The translations under genes and the position numbers were made by a program. The notes under the pieces are model-generated. The model was not told where the DNA came from and ran no database searches. It was given only the letters and a program-made list of their open reading frames with translations. A DNA stretch of 62,376 nt, filler included, from Sluysia triapertura (Eukaryota), in the NCBI GenBank assembly GCA_046118255.1. It is 5 parts of 5 records of this genome, joined end to end, with 100 filler letters (N's around TTAATTAATTAA, not from the genome) between each part and the next. Parts side by side here need not be neighbours in the genome. Positions count along the whole stretch, not along the records: positions 11,078 to 24,709 come from JBJNIA010028278.1; positions 24,810 to 39,406 come from JBJNIA010253969.1; 3 more parts are not named here. One strand, written 5' to 3'. Shown here one piece after another: positions 13,190 to 26,027 of the stretch. Positions within the stretch are counted from its first letter, which is position 1. Each line of letters starts with the position of its first letter.

Positions 13190-13592
13190 ATAACTTATAT
13201 CTGTGAAGCAAGAAACACGAAGACCTTTCTCTCTTTACGGCTGCTACAACGCTTTTATGCTTTATGGATAGCAAAAATCCAGAATTTGCTATCATGCATA
13301 AGAAACAATCTTGATGTACATTTTTGAAAATTCTTGCAGATAATTTATGTGAAAATGAGCCAAATTCAAGTTGTGATCTAATTTCCAAAAGATGCAATAT
13401 TTGCCAGGTTAGCAAAGCAAAAGTAGAATAAGTTGGAATAAATGTGGTAATTTTGTTTGTGTAAAGAAAGGAAATCCTTCCTTATAAAAATTGCTTATCA
13501 TAAAAATGAGTAGCAATACTCTATTAAAATTAGGTTGGATTACTCTGGTCCTATTTATGTGTTTATATAATTTTTTATGATGTTAGTGAGGG
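13190..13592 (+). mobile_element. Second piggyBac 3' fragment
   Basis: Frameshifted TRRP..CYNAFMLY..KNPEF..FLKILADNL..KRCNIC..KCGNFVC, ending GAGGG|TTAA. Confidence 0.7.
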
Positions 13593-14117
13593 TTAAACCA
13601 TTTTTTAATTATAAATTATTTTTTAAATCTAAATTTCATTTCGCAAACATCATAAAGGTTGCAGTTGCTTAGTTAAATAAAATATATAACTTTTACAATT
13701 ATTTTTTTTAAATTCTTGATTATAAATTTGTCTGAAATGTTTTTACAAGAACGTAAAAATAGCATTCATTGATATTTAATGCGTTTTCATTAAATTTGAA
13801 TGGTCATTAAATGAGAATATGATAAACTTTAAACTATAAATGAATTTCATAATCAGTAATCGCTTTTTGAATGCAGTTTACGATTAATGTTAATTTATAT
13901 GAAACTCGTTGATTTATGAATTTTAAACCCTCAGTCAGCGTGATCGTAGCGCTATTTTCTGTTTATGGGCCAGCTGATTTGCAACTGATTTTTTACTTTT
14001 GATAAAATTCAGTTTGACCAGAAACAAAATTCTTTAGAATATACAGCATTTTTTCCCAATTAAAAACACAAAATCTGAATGAAATTTCAGGTGGTCTTTT
14101 ATTCGGTACTGATACGA

Positions 14118-14495
14118 CGCTTAAAATAAATTAATTATTATAATATTTCGGAAACAGAAAGAACTTTACCCTTTTCTTAAATGTTTCATAATCTTCCAAT
14201 AATTTAATATTCTCTGTTTGTATATTTTTGAAACAAGCGTTATATAACCTATTACAGCTTATTATCACTGTATAAATTATTACATCTTAATGACATTCAT
14301 TTTGGTTTCCGAATTTTTTATTATTTCAAATTGTAAATTAATGGCAGCAAATGTAATTCTTTAAGATAAGATATTAAATGAAATCCTCTTAGTTTTGCTG
14401 ATTAATTCATTATTAATTGTTATTATTGCACTTCTCTGTATGGAATTACATACAATATGCCATTGTTTATTTATTAATAAATTTTCGAATATTTA
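14118..14495 (-). repeat. Repeat family A copy
   Basis: GCTTAAAATAA...GAAACAGAAAGAACTTT...CATAATCTTCCA shared with 5590-5670. Confidence 0.7.
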
Positions 14496-14620
14496 ATATT
14501 TTCTTTAATTGATATTTATGCCCTTTAACAATACATTTAATATTTTCTTGCATGTTTATTTATAAACATGTTTAAATATAAAATAAATAAATTTTTAAAA
14601 TAAATATATTTTTGATTTAG

Positions 14621-14807
14621 AGTAGTATTTATTAGTATGACATTCAGTGAAGATGATGCAAAGAACCCATACAGACTTCATAATTTGACTGCAATTGATA
14701 TAAATGATATTTACGATTTTAATAACAGATTTTTCAAAGTACATTCTGATTATTGGAATAAAATTGTCAGTGACATTAAAGCATTTGATGAATCCATTGG
14801 CCAATAA
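14621..14807 (+). CDS. Possible terminal coding exon of an unidentified host gene
   Basis: TTTGATTTAG acceptor, then an open frame VVFISMTFSEDDAKNPYRLHNLTAIDINDIYDFNNRFFKVHSDYWNKIVSDIKAFDESIGQ* with AATAAA overlapping the stop. No family recognised. Confidence 0.4.
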
Positions 14808-15129
14808 AACTATTAATCAAAAGTGTTGATTTGAAAAAGGTTTTGAATTATTTATTTTAAAATATTGCTAGATGATGAACTATAATAGACCTATCGTATT
14901 TTCGTGGTGGATGGTTCTCGATTTTTAAAATATGTTTTCTTTTCTTTTTTGTCGCGAACATTTAAAAATTGAAAGTGTAATAATGTAATAATTTATAAAT
15001 TAGAAATGTATTGTGTATAGACGAACAATGGTTAATATTTCAAAAAAAAATACTAAAATATATCAAGTTTAAATAAAGTATCAATCAAATTCTTACATTC
15101 CTCACATTAATACATAAAGTTTATTTGCA

Positions 15130-16000
15130 TTATTGTACCAGACATATTCCATTATCTATTTCTTTAGATTCGTTTAAGATAATAGAATGAGAATGTTTAA
15201 TAAAGGTCTTGATAGAATTCACGAACTCTGATTCAGAACATGTAAAATTAAGAGGATGTGCAGTGAAAAGTATATAGCCTAAATTGTCGCGAATTTTTTG
15301 GTAAATATCTAATAAAAAGCGATAAAATTTCAGAGATATTTATTTACTTGTGATTTTCCGTCGTCTGTCTTAAATATGTTAAGAACTCGGTTAAAATTGT
15401 GATATTTGACACGTAACACAATTAAAGATTTACACTAGTTATTTAACCCTATGCAATTGGTTGTTTCATTTCAACAATTAAATTATTTATGTAATTTCAG
15501 ATTAAATGGTCCAAAATACAATATGTTTGTACGATTTTTATTAGTATCGGAAATATTTTGAAAATAATAAGCATCGTCTACAATTAAGTGAGACTGATTT
15601 TCTTGTTCTGAATTATAATTGTTGAATTGGTTGAAGCATTCATTATTCGTGTTGGGAATATAAGATGCACATAACTTATTTCTATGTGACACATTACTAC
15701 GTGATTGCGACACCTTGTCTTGAAATTGTGTGACCTTTTCTTTATTATATTTAATGGAACTTTATAAACATAAAATTTCTTGCTGTAATTGACTGATTGA
15801 AGAATGATCAAGTCCTTTAATTTTTCTTGTAAGATGATAACATCTTTCAGCATATTCCAAAGCGGTTTCATACTGGTTATTGTTTTTAAAATATTGAATT
15901 ACATACCTATATTCGAAATTCGATGCTGAGTAGATTGTGAATTATTTGATTCTTCATTATTTATCATATTCTTGTACTTTAAATCAGATTTATCTAAATA
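15130..16000 (-). pseudogene. Decayed ORF of unknown family with a TPR-like helix pair
   Basis: About 870 bp readable in one frame with scattered stops; includes QYETALEYAERCYHLTRKIKGLDHSSISQLQ. Confidence 0.4.
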
Positions 16001-19000
16001 TTAGATATATTACATATATATAAGGTTATTTCATGACAAAAAATATTATACGGTATCAAATTACTAGATATATTGGCATAAGGATCTGCAAAAATAGGTA
16101 ACAAGATATAAACATATGAAGAATATGGAAAATTAACAAAGACAACTCAAGCTATAGTGTTGTATTAATAAGCGGATGCAATGCGATGTCGTCCATAATG
16201 ATGTACTAATATATTAATACTAATATAATACTGTGGAAATTATTATATCAGGATGTATATAATGAAGTAAAAATGATAACATGCAGAGTTTTGTTTTGCA
16301 AATTAAAGCATCGTATTTGGAGAATCGCAGTTATTTGGAGGATTATGTGCAGTGATTATTCGGTTAAAATTATCAGTTATTATTGGGTCGCAAGTATGGG
16401 AGTAAAATAATAATTAAACGATTAAGTAAAATATCAATTAATTTTAAATTAAAAAATTCATCGTATTAGCGTGGGTTGAAATTTTATCGTTTTTTATTGG
16501 ATCCGTAGTTTTGTGTTTATTAAACGTTCAAAATTTATTTGTGTTCACATTTTTTTACTACCATACGAAAATTAACTTGTAAGGACTTTATAATTCCTTA
16601 TTTGTCAATACTAAACGTTGAATATACTCACTTGCTTTGTTGCTTTAGTTATTAGTGTTACCAACAATAGATTAATGTTTTTATTCACTTTTTATTAGAT
16701 TTTACTAATAAAAAGATTTTATTATTAGATTTTATTACTTTTTTACAAATACAAATTATCACTTTATTCTTACAATAAAGTTATTTTTTTATTTCTAAAA
16801 CTGGGTTGCAAATAATAATCCAAAAAATAAAACTATTAATATATATCATCTAAATGTTTCTAATTATAAAATAAAGGCACAATGATAATATAAATATGAC
16901 TGATTCTTAGCTAGAAATGTGTATTTTAATTTAATTTTTTTAGAAGAGATTTTATATTTAGCCAAAACTAGAATTTTAAAAGATTTATTAATTTATCTCT
17001 TTTGGCAGTGACAAAACTTAACAAAATAACTTACAAAAACCTCGAGTATAGGTTCCAAAAATTCCGTGACTCCGAGTACAATCAATTGTTCCAAATCCAA
17101 AAAATGTTGCTATCTATAATTAATATTTTAACCGAGCAATGCTATTTTCGTTCAGGTGAATAAAAATGTTTATATAACCAATTTTTTTTGATTTCTTTTA
17201 TAAATTAACAACACAGTGCTTAATTTAATTTCAGTCGAAAACATTAGTAACATTAGCAAAATATTAATGGCAACAGTCAGATATGACACAAAAAAAAATT
17301 ATCTTTAATATCGCTCTTATTTTATTATAATGTAGATGTTAAATATTTTTGTAATAAAATGTGATTGATGCAAGAATAAAAACTCGTAATTTACGCCTAA
17401 AGTTTGTTAATTATTATATTGAAATTGTACCAATTTGAATTAATATAATATTTAATTTCAACATAAAACACTGAATAAATAAAATTTATCAAACTATTAA
17501 TGTTTCTTATAAGCTCTGTAACTTCTAATAATGACGATTCATAAAATAAACATTCTGCTTGAAAAAAATGAATTGCTTTTTCATCTGAAAATAAATAATT
17601 TATAAATGAAAAATCCAAGATTACTTTTAATTTTTAAAATTTTATTTTGCAATTTTATTATTTTCATATTAATAACATCATTTGAAATTTAGTAAACCCA
17701 AAAGCATGATTATAAATATCTTCCTTTGTATAAGTGTGTCTAGTTGGAAAAACCCTAAAATATGAAAATCCATTGTTTAAGTCTAAAGATGCTTTAAGAT
17801 CATAAAAGAATGTATGGTCAAAAATTGCTACCAAAAATTCATGACTATGTGGTACGTTGCTAATATTTATAAAAGCGATTACTTTTCAAAATTTAACAAC
17901 CAATAAACAGTTCATGAATAAGAGATAATTGATAAAATTGGTTGAACTAAATATCTAATGAATATTTATCTACACACTCAACTGTTAAGTAAGGATTAAA
18001 ATCAATTTTAATGATGAATATTTCAGGTGAATATTGTCAGGTCCTCTTATTAATATTAAGAATGATAATAATAGTGATTATAACGTTATTAATAATTATA
18101 ATATTTAATAATAAAAATTGTATTAAATTTAAAAACTAAAAGGCATTAGGTCCATAACATGAAATAACAAAAAAATTATTTTTATGGTGCACGTCAATAT
18201 TCAAAACATGATAATATAAACAGTGTTTTAAAAAAATATAAGTTTCAAATATAATTTGGTTTCGAGGAATAATTTCGATTTTAATTGTAATACATAAAAT
18301 CCAATTCTCTCGAAAAGTTACTTTTTAGGTTAATAAGTTATAAAGATGATTTTTGGCCTTATAAGAGGTTGAAAGTATATGTTCAAATTCATATATTGAT
18401 TTATAAGATGGAAGTTCATGCTCATAAGGTACACTGAGAATATAATAACAATCAGGATAGCATTCATGAAGAGAATTTAAGTGCTTACGAGAGGAACGAT
18501 GAGGAAGAATATGGAGTGGTAATTATAGATTTGTTTTCTTAAGATCCAAATCACAGTTAATGTAATGATCATATAGTTTATCACATTCGTGATAGAAAGA
18601 ATAATCCTTATAACAATCTTGTTTATGTGTCTCCACATATTTTGGTTATAAAATCTATCTAAATTTCTGTTTAGTTTAACATTAAATCTTTTTAAGTTGA
18701 ACGATGGAGGTCAATAAATTATGTTGTAAATAGACTTTAAGACTCGTTGAGTTCCGCTATTATAGCGAGGTTAAACAGAGATAGTTTATGTGCGATTCTA
18801 ATATTTAAAAAAGAATCTAATGTAATCAAGAATTTTTTGTTTATTGCGTATTAAGCAATTATTATTATTTTTATTATTATTATCTCTTGGAATTTTATAA
18901 TATTTATAACTATATAAAGAGTGTATTTTGTGAGGAGTCACTCCATTAAGTGGAATATATTAGTTAAACAATAGTGACACGTGGAACAATATAGTTTATT

Positions 19001-20593
19001 TAAATGATAAATTTAATTCATAAATTTAATCAATACTAAAAATTTGTAAGGTATAAAACTAAATAGAGTTTATAATACAATTTACTGGAAATAATTAATA
19101 AATAAAGTTCGTATAACATCTACAATCCAATTCTAATAATAATGAAATTAAATAATATTAAGAGTAAAACTTATTTATAATAGGCATAAAAGAATTTAGT
19201 ATTATTATTTTAACAATAATAACGTATACTTAATATTTATTAATGCAATTAAATTTTACACAATTTGTTATTAAAGAAATTTTAGTGTATTTTAATAACT
19301 TTACTAAAATAGAATTCCAATATATAATATGAACTAACGATTTTGTTTTCATATGTTTTAGTTTGTCTGTTGTAAATTGGTTTTTGTCAATAATTTCTTT
19401 TAATCGAAAATTACTATAGTCTTCAAATAATCAATGATTTCTTTTAATTAAAAATTATAAAAGTCTCCAAATAGAATTACAAAATTACAATATGTAAAGA
19501 CTTTATGATGAGTTTAACGTCACTGCTAAGAATTTCCAAAATCTTTTAAATATTTCAAACTTGTAAAAAATACTGTGTGAGATTTACTGCACTTTTAGTT
19601 AATATTTATATCAAAGTGGTGAACTCATTCACTTTAATCTACAATTTTGACTGATAAAATAAATAATCGTACTTATAATAAAAATAGATTGATAAACAGT
19701 AATAAATAATAATACATAATACAATAATAAATAATAATGTTTTTTGAGTTATAACGTTATAAAACATTTAGACATTCTTATTATTTATTTAATATTTAAA
19801 TATTATTTTATTATAATAGTATAAAACATACTTAAAAAACAAATATAAATTAAATATTTAAAGTTAAATATATGTGTAAAATTTAATATAAAAAAATTCA
19901 AATGAAATATTTATTATTTCTTTGTTTTATCAAATTAAAATATAATTTTGTTTTGTTGAGAGAGAAATAAATATTAAGATGGCTGTCTAAATTTCATAGA
20001 ATAGGGAAATTTAAACTGAAAAAATTTGGACAATTTAATTTTTTAAGCAATTCTATGAATTTAAGTTAATTTTTATAAGTTTAAAGTCCTTATTATAAAA
20101 AGAATGACCTAAAATATACTTTAACTTTCCTAGACCGTAAAAAGGCTAGGTTAAAATCATCTTAAAATTATAAGTGTTAAGCAACTAAGTCCATTAAGCA
20201 CCTGCTAAACTAATTATATTACTTTGAATTTTTTGTATTGAATTAATTAAGTTTTTCATAACGAATATATATATAGTGAATAATTGTTAATTTTTATTAT
20301 TAAGCATTAATTTCTTTAAACTTTTGACCATAAATAGGCTGATTTAATTTCTAAATTGTTGATATAATTTATCAGACCGTAACAAGCTAACTTAACGTTT
20401 ATTCTTTACATTATTTTATAAAAAAGTCGAGATTTTTGTAAGTTACGAATTGTAAATTATATAAATATAACGAATATAATAAGTAATTATCTTGTAATAC
20501 TTTATACGATTTATAGCATAATGTTTATTTACGCTTTACGTTATAACTGCATCGAGCTCTCGTAAACATCATAACCACCTTTAGAATTTATTG

Positions 20594-20660
20594 TTAAAAT
20601 CCTTAGTAGAACGCCTTCATTGAGATTTAAGTCGTGTCTATTAGGCGAACTCATCTCCAG
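20594..20660 (+). other. Conserved hairpin motif M1, copy 1
   Basis: TTAAAAT CC(T)TAGTAGA ACG...CGT G TCTATTAGG CGAA CTCAT CTCCAG. Confidence 0.65.
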
Positions 20661-21220
20661 AGTCATTTTGTAAGTGTAGGTTAAGATTTTATAGATAAAA
20701 TACTTGCAATACTATAATAATTTTAATAACTAATGATAAGAAAATGTAAATAATATTTGTAAATAATAAGACCTTATAAAGCATTGTAAATAATAAAAGT
20801 TTTATAAACAATTTGTATAAAAGTTACGTAAATAAGCAAAATTTGTAAAATAATAAAAAATTATTAAAAAACTATTTATTTTAAAATTTTAGTTGTTAAA
20901 TTAATTTTATAATTAAAGGAAGTTGTCTATTTATTGTTTACATTATTCATCTAGTTTTTAGGAAGTTATAATCATTTATAATTGTTTATTTTTCAATATT
21001 TATCTAGTTTTAATAAAGGAAGTTATAATTATTTACGTCATTTTTATTTATTATTTATATAAATTTGGAAAACGACTAATATTTATAAAATATACAAAGG
21101 AAACAACTGAAGGAAATAAGCACGCGTATATAAGGTAAGGTATTGAGAAAGAAATACACAATTAATTAAAGGAGTTTTAGTTAAAAATCTAGGTTCGTGT
21201 ATTAAAGATTGGCTTATTGA

Positions 21221-21400
21221 ATTATCTGAATTTCGAGAAAGATATTTGGTTGTTCAAGTGGATTGTCGATTATCTGAATTTTAAGAAAGATATTTGGTTG
21301 CCCACGTGGATTGTCGATTATTTCAAGAGGAAAAATATTCGGTTACTCAAGTGAATTTATCAATTGGTTGGATTTTCAAGAAGAATATTTGGTTGTCGAA
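21221..21400 (+). repeat. Imperfect tandem repeat, ~47-50 bp x ~4
   Basis: Unit ATTATCTGAATTTYRAGAAAGATATTTGGTTG....GTGGATTGTCG. Confidence 0.8.
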
Positions 21401-21885
21401 TTAATAGATTGCTGGAATAGATTGATCATCAATTTTTGTACTAAGTAAGCTTATTTCCTATAAGTTGCGACCCTAATAAAAGGAGTCTTAAAATCCAGGC
21501 AAACTAATAATTAAATTTTTTAAGAAACCCAAGGATAACCTTCGGGTTAAAATATACTCAAATTTCAAGAAATTGTTGTATAAACTAATATTTTATATTA
21601 TATCATTTTTATAATATTTCATTAATATTTTATATATTTGTCCTCACGTTGTACACATAAATTTTTTATAACATTTTATGTATAATAAAAATTTGTTCTC
21701 ATTATTTTGATCATTTAATTTTAATAAATTTTTAAGAGATAAACTGATTAAAAAATTACAGAGTTCTGACTAGAAAAACTTAAAATTACCACTAACGTTT
21801 CAAATCAAGTTTGAGCATTTAAGAGATTAGACTGTCATAAATCAACATCGTAGATTTAGTTCTTGACCTTCAGTTTTTTAGCATG

Positions 21886-21954
21886 TTAAAATCCTACGAA
21901 AACGTCCTTTCATATAAGATAAAACGTTTATCGTAGGCGAATCCACTCTTTAAG
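21886..21954 (+). other. Conserved hairpin motif M1, copy 2
   Basis: TTAAAAT CCTACGA AAACGT...ACGTTT A TCGTAGG CGAA TCCAC TCTTTAAG. Confidence 0.75.
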
Positions 21955-22591
21955 AATTTTTATAATTGTTCCTTTAGAATTAAAACGAACAATAAAAAAT
22001 AAGAAATATATTATTAACCCTTGTTCTAAAAAGAAAATTTGTTTATTTTAGTCATTTGCTAAAAAATAACTCTATTTTAACCGTCATACAATGATGAACT
22101 AAAGCTAATTCGATTTTTCTTAACTCTGTCCTATTGTCGGTTTCGCTTCTGTTTTTCTTGCAGAAATGTAACTGCTTATATATCAGTTAGAGAAATTAGA
22201 GAAATTAATTAGAGAAATTAAATCTGAAATTGAACAAGATGAAAATTAAAGCTGTCTAATCTCTTTTAGTCAGCAATAAGCCGACCAATTTTACTGATTA
22301 GATTTCGACAGCAACTTCGTATATGTTCAACTTCATTATCATTCTAATTATCCTAAGATAATGGGATTATCTTGAGATAGCCTAAGATAACAATTATCCT
22401 AAGATAACAATCCCATTATCTTCTTAATATCATCTAATTAAAATTTAAAAACCTTGTTACAATGCTATTATACTAACAACGTAATTTGTCAAATTAATTT
22501 AAAGATAAAATAATAAATTTAATTCTCACAGAAATTTCTTGCATAATATTGTTCAGATTTTATCTTAAAACAATTATGAAATTACGTTAAA

Positions 22592-22650
22592 CTGGGTTCG
22601 CCTATAATCTAAGTTTTATATCTCACGGAAGACTTAGTTATAGGATTATG
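22592..22650 (-). other. Conserved hairpin motif M1, copy 3
   Basis: Reverse complement: CATAAT CCTATAA CTAAGT...ACTTAG A TTATAGG CGAA CCCAG. Confidence 0.75.
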
Positions 22651-23099
22651 GTATGTCAAAAAACTGCGAAAAGCTTTCCTTACTGTCTAAAATGAAGGGT
22701 CTTTCTATGTGTATACTCTTTTATTATAATCGATTTACGTGCTTATATTTCTTTAACTTATCTTTCAATCAAAAACCAGTAAGTACAGTACTGACGTACT
22801 CTATGAAAATTTATTCTTTCAAATATAAATATTAGACACCAAAAAATTAACACTCCAAAAAACAAAATTTACAAAATAAATAATAATAATAAATTATTAG
22901 ACTTTAGGATTTCTCCTAATTCAAATTAAATATAAGTTAAAATGATTTTAACCCAGGTGTATACTTGGGTGTGTTAAATATGAAAATGAATTTAAGTATA
23001 TTTTGAAACAGATATTACTGTTTTTAAAAACTTAATACAAATAGCTTACTATTGTTTTTTCCACAAAAAGATCCGGTATTAGTCCAATGACGACTATCA

Positions 23100-23243
23100 A
23101 TTCCCAAATAAATTTCTTTTTTCAAACAATACTTCTGAAGTGAATAAATTTTTCCAAGTAACACTTCCAGTATTGATGCCCAAATAAATTTTTCCAAATA
23201 ACGCTTCCAATATCGATGCCCAAATAAAATTTTCCAAATAACA
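23100..23243 (-). repeat. Imperfect tandem repeat, ~40 bp x 3-4
   Basis: Unit (plus strand) CCCAAATAAATTTTTCCAAATAACGCTTCCARTATYGATG. Confidence 0.8.
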
Positions 23244-24928
23244 ACTCTTGTCTCAACTCCAAGAAATACTTTTTAAAATATTTAAAAAAGTTCTAGTGTT
23301 TTTTTAAAACTTGTGTGTTTTTAACTACAACCGTGAGCTATTTATATGTATTTTGCTATCTTTTACTACGTGTAAATAAATATATTTAATTAAATAAAAT
23401 TAAAGATAAATTATTTTCAGACTTTAAAATGTAGACATTACTTTTAGAAATAATTAAAATAATCTAATTAATTTATTTTATTTCATGTTTGTAACTTAAA
23501 TAATCTAATTATTTCAAATATTAAAAAGATAATTATTATTTTCAAATATTAATTATTTTCGACTTTGGTTTTTTATAATATGCTTTTATGATAATAAATT
23601 AATTATTTTACGAAAATAACTTATTAATTAATTATTTACAAATTACAAATGTTTATATTCATTACAACTTTTAATACAAATGTTTACTTTTAATATCTAC
23701 ATTTGTAAAAGGAAACAAATGGAAACGTTAATTAACTAATGGATATCCATAATTAAAAAATTTAATCTAGAGGAGTTAAATGAAAATCTATTCAAATTGA
23801 TGGAATTCTTAATGAAACTTAAATTAAATTAATGGATTCAAAAAGTATATAAATACTCAAATAAATAAAACAATCTCAATAAACAAGTAATAATAATCGG
23901 TATTAAGTAGTAAGTAGAAAGTTCTTTGATCAAGTAATTGCGACATTAAATCTGAGCATTCATTTACATTTTCTGAAATCACAGAAGTATAATATATTCT
24001 TAAATTACATTATATTCAATAATTCAAGTAGTAAGTTTATATTATATAGGTTTTAATATCTTACTCTTGTGTTGTGTTGTAAATCAGACAGAGTATCATA
24101 AAGAGTTGTGTATTTCAAATATGTTTTTAAATTTCAATAGTTTAATGTTCAAAAATTATTTGTAGATATTTAATGCAAAAAAAACAATATTACAACAATG
24201 ATGCGTAATATTGTTAATTTATAAATTTTAATGCAAATCTTTGGATTTTATTTTAAATTTTAATAATTTTTTAATAATTTTTAATTTTAATATAATAATT
24301 TTAATAAATTTAATACAATAATTTTAAATTCTTTTAATGTAGAGGAGCACATTTGCTTTAATTGTTTTAATTTGTATTGTTTTAATGACCGCAAGGTCAT
24401 TCATTTTGTATATACAGACGATCATTTTTGTCATAAAAACACAATAAGCGATAAATCAATATTTGTAAAAATCTTTACTTATTTCAAGGAAGAGGAAACA
24501 CTTTCGTAGTTATTCTAATTTCCAGACAGATAATCCAATTTTGTATTTTAGTTTTTTATCATTAAGTCCTTTTACAGCATTTATAACTATGTATTTATAA
24601 ATTCTACTTAAATTCTAAACATCATCTCGCTTCTGTTTCAAAGTAGCTTATTAAAATCAATTTTTTAAAATCTATTACTTAAAGATTATTCTAAAAAAGG
24701 ATAATCCTANNNNNNNNNNNNNNNNNNNNNNNNNNNNNNNNNNNNNNNNNNNNTTAATTAATTAANNNNNNNNNNNNNNNNNNNNNNNNNNNNNNNNNNN
24801 NNNNNNNNNAATATAAATTAAAGAAAATTAATTTTATTTAGTTGTGCGATATAAGATAAACTGAAGTTAATTTATCACATAGGATAGCTAATTAATTTGC
24901 TTAGTTTTTTAAGTTAAGTTTTAAATTC

Positions 24929-24994
24929 TAAAACCTAGTAATACGTCTCCAAGTTTGGTATAAGACGTATATACTAGGCGAATTGACCTTGCAG
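24929..24994 (+). other. Conserved hairpin motif M1, copy 4
   Basis: TAAAA CCTAGTA ATACGTCT...AGACGTAT A TACTAGG CGAA TTGAC CTTGCAG; ATGs follow at 25010 and 25018. Confidence 0.75.
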
Positions 24995-25017
24995 ATAATT
25001 TGTTAATAAATGTTTTT

Positions 25018-25990
25018 ATGGAATTACCCGTAACTATAGTAATAGAAGATATCATATAATTAATTAAGTTAAATGACCCGACAATATCAGAAGTAAAGTT
25101 ACATCTTTGTAATAGATACCCAGAATTATTAATTGATTACGGTTAGATGACCCCGAAGAAATTATACAAAGCAGTAATTAGGAAAAGCGGTAATTATACA
25201 AAAATCCCGAAACACCAATTAATGATGCAGTTAAAGAAAAAATAGATCGAAAATTTAGGATTCTCCACATTCCTTTTTGAGACAATTAATGGATGATTAC
25301 ATACAAATAATCAAAAATAATACAGGAATTGACATTGACAATGATACGGGAATTAATATCGAAAACGATAAAATTACTGAGGAATCTGACTATATAATGA
25401 ATCTTATAAATATAATGAATCTGATAAAGAAATAAATACGATAAAAAGAAGGTGAAAATAAGATAATATCCGCACCTAATCCAATTGTTAGAAATACTAT
25501 TGATTTAACGAAAATAGATTATGAAAATGAAGATGAAAATATTGAATTAAATACTAAATAAGTAATTTATGCATTATTATCTCATAAATTCACCAATTTT
25601 AATAATTACAAGAAGTTATTACCCAAAATAAAAGACTATAGAGTTTCAATAAGTAAGTTGATAAAACATTTTGAAGATAAACATAAGGATAAAGATGTTG
25701 ATGACTTTATAGGTACTGTACAATATAAGTTAATAATAAATAAGCAAATTAGTAGAGGAATAGATAAGGAAAAACTTAAAATAATCCTGGCTTATATTAT
25801 ATTTCAATGCAATAAAGAGAGAATGATTACAAAAAACAAAATAGTAAAGTTATACATTTTGTTAATAAGAAAACTAAATTAGGGCTTGATAAACAAGGAA
25901 AATTGAGAAACATAATAAAAAAAGGATCAGAAAACAGAGAAGTCGCCTAACCTAATTACGCAACTATTCGGTAATAACGGTAATATATTA
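25018..25990 (+). pseudogene. Decayed ORF of unknown function upstream of the glycoprotein
   Basis: A-rich coding-like sequence from ATG 25018 with several stops and frameshifts (includes ORF 25658-25882); no gag or pol motif recognised. Confidence 0.45.
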
Positions 25991-26027
25991 AGTACAGCAG
26001 TACCAAGAATAGGTAATTCAACAAATA

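Noticed and set aside
20594-20660. M1 as an HDV-like ribozyme (GG-CGAA resembles P4-J4/2)
   Set aside because: No upstream P1/P2/P3 partners or P1.1 GG could be found in the copies examined.
21221-21400. CRISPR-like array
   Set aside because: Units are contiguous with no unique spacers, there are no cas genes, and the context is eukaryotic.
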